Origin: an uncultured Planctomycetota bacterium
GTDB lineage: Bacteria; Planctomycetota; Planctomycetia; Pirellulales; Lacipirellulaceae
Length of the DNA stretch: 64,000 bases
Assembly (NCBI GenBank): GCA_963719315.1
Contig: CAVRBU010000006.1
Location: 1 to 64,000, forward strand
Direction of reading: 5' to 3'
The position numbers were made by a program, and so were the translations under genes. The notes under the pieces were generated by a model. That model saw only the letters and a program-made list of their open reading frames with translations. It had not been told where the DNA came from and ran no database searches. Within the stretch, counting starts at the first letter, position 1, and each line of letters starts with the position of its first letter. Positions 62,934 through 64,000 of this stretch are shown here, one piece after another.

Positions 62934-64000
62934 ATGGACATGTCGCATAAACTTCCAATTGTCACCGGCGCGGCGGAGCGGGGCGACGCGGGGCAAGACC
63001 TCGCGATCGATCCGGTTTGCGGCATGCAAGTGGACAAGCGTGTGGCAAAACACACGCTGAGCCACGACGGGATGGACTACTACTTTTGCAGCCGGTCGTG
63101 CCGGGATAAGTTTGCCGCGAACCCGGAGCGGTTTGTTGCGACCGCAGCGCCCGCGCATGCAGACGGCGCCCATCAGAAGGGCGCATCGCCCAAGGCGGCG
63201 CAGTCTGGGACGATCTATACGTGTCCGATGCATCCTGAAATCCGGCAAGCGGGGCCGGGGAGTTGCCCGAAATGCGGTATGGCGTTGGAGCCGGAGTCGC
63301 CCGAAGCCGCTTCGCCCGGCCGTGTCGAATACACGTGCCCCATGCATCCGGAGATCGTGCGCGATGCACCGGGGAGTTGCCCGAAGTGTGGCATGGCGCT
63401 CGAACCGCGGACGGTTGCGGCGACGGACGAGAATCCGGAGCTGGCGGATATGTCGCGCCGGTTTTGGGTGAGTCTTGCTTTTACCGTGCCGCTTTTTCTG
63501 TTGGCGATGGCGCACATGGTGCTTGCCGAGCGGTTGCCGGGGTGGCTGACCGGGCGGGCGTTGTCATTTATTGAGTTCGCGCTGGCGACGCCGGTGGTGT
63601 TGTGGGGCGGCTGGCCATTCTTTGTGCGGATGTGGCAGTCGATCGTCAATCGCTATCCGAATATGTTTACGTTGATCGGCATCGGCACGGGGACCGCATA
63701 CCTCCACAGCGTCGTCGCGACGTTTTTGCCGCAGGTGTTTCCGGATTCATTTCAGTCGCAGCACGGCGTGGACCTGTATTTCGAGTCGGCGGCGGTCATT
63801 GTGACGCTCGTTCTGCTAGGACAAGTGCTGGAGCTGCGGGCCCGCAGTCGCACGGGGGCGGCGATTCGCGCACTGTTGGGGTTGGCCGCGAAAACGGCGC
63901 GGCGCATCAAGCCGGACGGTGGCGAAGAAGACGTGCCGCTCGAACAGGTGCAAGTCGGCGACAAGCTCCGCGTGCGGCCCGGTGAGAAAGTGCCCGTCGA
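62934..64000 (+). CDS. copA: Copper/silver P1B-type ATPase, partial (runs off the window)
   Basis: Hand translation: YHS-type DPVCGM...YYFCS, two YTCPMHP...CPKCGM units, [17 protein letters not shown]. Confidence 0.85.
   Translation, partial: MDMSHKLPIVTGAAERGDAGQDLAIDPVCGMQVDKRVAKHTLSHDGMDYYFCSRSCRDKFAANPERFVATAAPAHADGAHQKGASPKAAQSGTIYTCPMHPEIRQAGPGSCPKCGMALEPESPEAASPGRVEYTCPMHPEIVRDAPGSCPKCGMALEPRTVAATDENPELADMSRRFWVSLAFTVPLFLLAMAHMVLAERLPGWLTGRALSFIEFALATPVVLWGGWPFFVRMWQSIVNRYPNMFTLIGIGTGTAYLHSVVATFLPQVFPDSFQSQHGVDLYFESAAVIVTLVLLGQVLELRARSRTGAAIRALLGLAAKTARRIKPDGGEEDVPLEQVQVGDKLRVRPGEKVPV

Overview
GC-rich bacterial DNA, most likely a planctomycete of the Pirellulales type. That call is inferred from planctomycete cytochrome c domains, an ECF sigma/Ser-Thr kinase pair, PEP-CTERM proteins and fhc/fwd genes. 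Many genes carry single frameshifts, consistent with uncorrected long-read indels. Layout: (1) 1-10.7 kb is the right part of an integrative mobilizable element (replication-relaxation-like proteins, TraD/VirD4-like coupling protein, excisionase, tyrosine integrase) ending at a tmRNA-like 3' fragment. (2) 11-45 kb is mostly host genes (SWIM/SNF2, flavoprotein reductase-DedA-DUF547-desaturase cluster, ABC transporter, SppA-like protein, mobA, fhcC/B/A, nagB) plus two copies of a REP-carrying MITE. (3) 45.7-53 kb holds an IS followed by an integron-like cassette array with about nine attC-like sites and no intI; most long attC sites embed a fixed-spacing sigma70-like promoter motif. (4) 56-58.8 kb holds toxin-antitoxin pairs interleaved with orphan PEP-CTERM tail segments. 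(5) 59-64 kb has an ECF sigma factor, a Ser/Thr kinase and the start of a copper P-type ATPase. All family calls come from motifs recognised by eye; no database search was run.
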